From contig JACOXZ010000004.1 in assembly GCA_016182105.1 (NCBI GenBank), forward strand, positions 1 through 37,153: a stretch of 37,153 nucleotides of DNA, in the 5' to 3' direction. The translations under genes were made by a program, and so were the position numbers. Under the pieces are notes generated by a model. That model was not told where the DNA came from and made no database searches. It saw only the letters and a list, made by a program, of their open reading frames with translations. Origin of the DNA: Candidatus Liptonbacteria bacterium (GTDB lineage Bacteria > Patescibacteriota > Minisyncoccia > UBA6257 > 2-01-FULL-56-20). Below are positions 34,133 to 37,153 of this stretch, in pieces. Position 1 is the stretch's first letter. The number at the start of each line of letters is the position of its first letter.

Positions 34133-34711
34133 TTAGAGTATTTTCTTGGAACGCCGAGATATAAAACTCGATAGAGCAAAAAATAGTATAAGACCAAAAA
34201 GCAAAGCTACTTCAGCAAACTTGAGATATTGCCTTAGGATTAAGAATAAGCTGCTCGTTCCATAGCCCAAGCCACCAACAATCGCGATCCAAAAAATAGA
34301 GGCGACGAGATCAGCTTTAAAAAATTCTTTAAGCGGAATTTTAAGAGAGCCGCTTCGCACTAATATCGAACGGTGAAATCCGTAGGCAAATTTGGAGATG
34401 AAGATGGTGCGCGACGGACGGGATTGTAAATGATCGTCAAAGGGCTTGGCGAATTTCTCGACCCAGCGATTTATAAAAGAGAAAGTCCCGTTACTATATT
34501 TTCTCCCCAAAAAATACCACCCAAGGTCTCCGAGGAGGACCGCGGAGATCACAACCAAAAACATATCGCCAAAATCAAATGCTCCCCGATAAGTGAGAAA
34601 AGCAGCAGTAAACAAAACGAACTCGCCTTCAAATAAAAGGCCTATAAAAATCAATAAATAGCCGAGCGGAGCAGAAATAGTAAGGTAATCCAGGAGTATA
34701 GAATGTGGCAT
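34133..34711 (-). CDS. dedA: DedA / VTT-domain (SNARE-associated) family membrane protein.
   Basis: 192-aa multi-TM protein with a DedA-like G-rich re-entrant motif region (…VLLGDLGWYFLGRKYS…). Confidence 0.5.
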   Translation of the reverse strand: MPHSILLDYLTISAPLGYLLIFIGLLFEGEFVLFTAAFLTYRGAFDFGDMFLVVISAVLLGDLGWYFLGRKYSNGTFSFINRWVEKFAKPFDDHLQSRPSRTIFISKFAYGFHRSILVRSGSLKIPLKEFFKADLVASIFWIAIVGGLGYGTSSLFLILRQYLKFAEVALLFGLILFFALSSFISRRSKKIL

Positions 34712-34720
34712 TTTATCGAT

Positions 34721-35453
34721 CTAGTTTAAGCTGTAAAAATTCTCGAAGATCTTCGCAACTAGGATTGGGCCGGTGCCGCTTGGAACAGGTGTATAGGTTA
34801 TAGGTTTTAGGTTATAGGTTGGGGACGAAAGCGAAGCAGCGTCGAAGTCGCCACGGCCGTTGTCGTAGCCGAAATCAATGAGGAGTGCACCGGATTTGAG
34901 CATCTCGGGCTTGATGAGTCCTGCCTTACCGACGCCGGAGATGATAAGGTCCATATTTTTCAAAACACCGAAATCACTGCCTCTATCCAGAACATAAAGT
35001 TCGCGAACTTTTCCCAAGAGCCAGGTCACGATAACCTTGCCAACTAAAAAGCCGGTTCCCACGACCGCCACCTTGCTAGTGAGTATAAAACGCGCCAAGC
35101 GCCCGTTCGCCCAAAACATCCACGTCCTTTTCGCGAGGAATGACATTCAAGATATAGTGCTTATTCAAATGCTCAGGAAGTGGCAACTGCACAATCACCC
35201 CGCCGCAGGTCTTGTGTTTTGAAATTTTTAACACTTCTTCTCGGAGCGAATCGTTTTTAATCTCTTTAGGAAATTTATAAAGCCGGAAATCTACCCCCAG
35301 CTCTTTCGCGGCTTTTTCTTTTTGCTTTAGGAAACTGATTGACGCGGGATCCTCGCCAACCAAAACTGTGGCCAAGAATTTTTCAGGTTTTGGTTTAGAC
35401 CGCAGTTTAGCAAGAATACTTTCAGCGATTTTTTTGCCGTCGATAACATTCAT
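34721..35453 (-). pseudogene. folD: Bifunctional methylenetetrahydrofolate dehydrogenase/cyclohydrolase FolD, disrupted. The N-terminal ORF 35076..35453 and C-terminal ORF 34721..35146 overlap in different frames. The conserved PCTP segment appears to be missing. The C-terminal part carries an in-frame insertion of about 8 aa (PTYNLKPI) encoded by the 23-nt repeat.
   Basis: N-terminal: …GVIVQLPLPEHLN…EKDVDVLG… C-terminal: …VAVVGTGFLVGKV…SGVGKAGLIKPEMLKSGALLIDFG…TPVPSGTGPILVA… Compared with E. coli FolD from memory, about 23 residues around PRLRPCTPRG are absent. Confidence 0.55.
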
Positions 35454-36676
35454 AATCCTTTCGAATATTTAAGCGGAAAATCGCGGCAAAGTTTTTTAAC
35501 CCCTAGAGATACATTCTTTCCTCTCGAAAGTACTTCGCCGATCAAGTTGCCTATTATTTTCATTTCTCTCTCCTTCATCCCGCGCGTGGTCAAGGCCGGC
35601 GTGCCGAGGCGAATTCCAGACGGGTCCATCGGCGGTCGCGGATCGAAAGGAATCGTGTTTTTGTTCACGATAATTCCTTGGGCTTCGAGCCGGTCGCTCA
35701 CTTCACGGCCAGTAATCCCCTTGTCTCGTAAATCTAGGAGCACGAGGTGAGTGTCAGTGCCGCCGGAAACCAGCCGAAAACCCTGGCGTTTCAATTCCTC
35801 GGCGAGCGCCTTTACGTTTTTTACGACTTGCTTCGCATATTTCTTGAAACTCGGTTGCATCGCTTCATAAAGCGCGACAGCAGTCGAAGCAATTTGATTC
35901 GCGTGCGGGCCGCCCTGAAGGCCAGGAAAAACGGCTTTGTCTATTTTTGAGGCCAGTTCTTTTTTACAAAAAATGAGCGCTGCACGCGGACCGCGGAGTG
36001 TTTTGTGGGTCGTGGTCGTAACCACATCCGCATACTTAAAAGGAGACGGATAGACGCCGCCCGCAACGAGTCCGGCAAAATGCGACATGTCTACCATAAA
36101 ATAAGCACCCACGACATCAGCGATCTTTCTGAACTTTTTGAAATCAATGATACGGGGGTAAGCGGTGTAGCCCGCAATAATGAGCTTCGGTTTCTCCCGC
36201 TTCGCGATTTTCATAATCTCGCTGTAGTCCAAGAGTTCGGTTTTGCGATTCACGCCATACTGCACTGACTTCCACGCTTGCCCGGTAATACTCACCTTGT
36301 GTCCATGCGTTAAGTGACCACCCATATCAAGCCGGAGGCCCATAATTTTTTCGCCGAATGGCACGAAGCCGAAATAAACGGCGAGATTAGCCGGCGAGCC
36401 AGAATAGGCCTGGACATTCACATGCCATGCACGCGGCGAGAGCTTAAAGAGCTTCAGCGCACGCTCTTTGCAAAGATTTTCTATTTCGTCAATTACCGCA
36501 TTACCGCCATAGTACCGGGCGCCGGGGTACCCTTCGGCATATTTATTAGTTAAAGGCGAACCCAGGGCCCGAAGCACCCCACCCGAGACATAATTCTCTG
36601 AAGGAATGAGATTTAAAGTGTCATCCTGACGCTTAATTTCTTTCTTTATTAAATTCTCAATCAGCTTGTCCTTCAT
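35450..36676 (-). CDS. glyA: Serine hydroxymethyltransferase.
   Basis: 408 aa. The PLP-lysine region VVTTTTHKTLRGPR is present and the sequence is collinear with SHMT throughout. Confidence 0.92.
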   Translation of the reverse strand: MKDKLIENLIKKEIKRQDDTLNLIPSENYVSGGVLRALGSPLTNKYAEGYPGARYYGGNAVIDEIENLCKERALKLFKLSPRAWHVNVQAYSGSPANLAVYFGFVPFGEKIMGLRLDMGGHLTHGHKVSITGQAWKSVQYGVNRKTELLDYSEIMKIAKREKPKLIIAGYTAYPRIIDFKKFRKIADVVGAYFMVDMSHFAGLVAGGVYPSPFKYADVVTTTTHKTLRGPRAALIFCKKELASKIDKAVFPGLQGGPHANQIASTAVALYEAMQPSFKKYAKQVVKNVKALAEELKRQGFRLVSGGTDTHLVLLDLRDKGITGREVSDRLEAQGIIVNKNTIPFDPRPPMDPSGIRLGTPALTTRGMKEREMKIIGNLIGEVLSRGKNVSLGVKKLCRDFPLKYSKGL

Positions 36677-36770
36677 ATAAATTTATGATGCAAATCTACA
36701 AATAATATGCCAATCCACAAATTGCGAATTCGCAATTAGCATAATTGGCATCAAATTCGCATTATTGGCA
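36677..36770 (-). promoter_or_regulatory. glyA upstream region built from the same words as the pnp and solute-binding-protein leaders: ATGCCAAT … TTGCGAATTCGCAA (14-nt palindrome) … ATTGGCAT, then AATTCGCATTATTGGCAT.
   Basis: Direct comparison with 20557-20600 and 28381-28427. Confidence 0.4.
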
Positions 36771-37153
36771 TCACGGAGTGAATACTTCCTTATCCCGGTG
36801 CATCTGCGGAACCATCATCTCTGGATGCCAGGATTTTTTGAGTTCTTCGACGTCAGATGAACCTTGATACTTTCCGCCCTCGCCAACATAATCTTCAACT
36901 TTGCTAACTAAAGGCGCCACTTCATAGAAAACCATCTGGGCAATCCTGCGGCCGACAACAAGAGGAATAAAATAGTGCTGGGAATTGTTGGTGACCTCCA
37001 TGGTCCATCGATTGTAATAGCCCACGTCGCCCCATCCAGCGTCTTTGCAGACCTCGACGAAGTTTCGGCCCAAAGACGACCGGGCGTACATTTTGGCCAC
37101 GCAAATATCCCTGCCGCCCACAAATTCTTCGGTGTGAGCGAGAATCGTTTCTC
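36771..37153 (-). CDS. dcd: dCTP deaminase / dUTPase-superfamily protein, C-terminal part. The N-terminus lies beyond the right edge of the window.
   Basis: …ARSSLGRNFVEV…AGWGDVGYYNRWTMEVTNNSQHYFIPLVVGRRIAQMVFYEV… matches the Dcd C-terminal half (GRSSLARLG…DPGW…LEF). The frame stays open through position 37153. Confidence 0.55.
   Translation of the reverse strand, partial: ETILAHTEEFVGGRDICVAKMYARSSLGRNFVEVCKDAGWGDVGYYNRWTMEVTNNSQHYFIPLVVGRRIAQMVFYEVAPLVSKVEDYVGEGGKYQGSSDVEELKKSWHPEMMVPQMHRDKEVFTP

Noticed and set aside
1-37153. CRISPR arrays, rRNA genes and toxin-antitoxin pairs.
   Set aside because: No regularly spaced direct repeats with unique spacers, no rRNA-like conserved blocks and no small adjacent TA-like ORF pairs were seen on either strand.

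Overview
This window reads as a bacterial chromosome segment at roughly 45% GC, mostly core housekeeping genes. The small-genome, surface-protein-rich gene set suggests a Patescibacteria/CPR-like organism, but that is inference. The window contains clpB, htrA, iscS/nifS, ftsK, a rodZ-like gene, recA, pnp, rpsO, gyrA, rpsA, glyA, folD, dcd (3' part only), a galU-like gene, a PMM/PGM gene, and five tRNA loci: tRNA-Phe, tRNA-Pro, tRNA-Arg, tRNA-Val and a 3' fragment of a tRNA-Leu. One giant secreted protein with a peptidoglycan-binding domain runs off the left edge, so the ORF track does not list it. A small accessory block at 21.7-28.4 kb holds a frameshifted tyrosine recombinase, a hydrolase, an SPFH protein, three tandem TrbC/VirB2-like small membrane proteins and a solute-binding protein. 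The most unusual content is non-coding. (i) A family of about 120-bp elements is bounded by CCCGTTAGA-type terminal inverted repeats. Three copies sit exactly between the stop of one minus-strand gene and the ATG of the next, and a fourth pair flanks tRNA-Pro. (ii) A roughly 100-nt three-hairpin element occurs twice with compensatory base changes. Each copy lies next to a tRNA 3' end and is flanked by direct repeats of that 3' end plus an inverted copy of the T-arm. (iii) A roughly 40-nt near-identical leader (ATTCG repeats plus ATTGGCAT) sits immediately upstream of pnp and the solute-binding protein, with a related arrangement upstream of glyA. (iv) Short repeats are inserted in frame into iscS (a 150-nt GC-rich palindromic block) and folD (a 23-nt repeat). 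(v) Three genes, PMM/PGM, xerC-like and folD, are split by frameshifts. No CRISPR array or rRNA gene was seen. My hand-counted coordinates for small elements may be off by 1-2 nt; CDS coordinates follow the ORF track.
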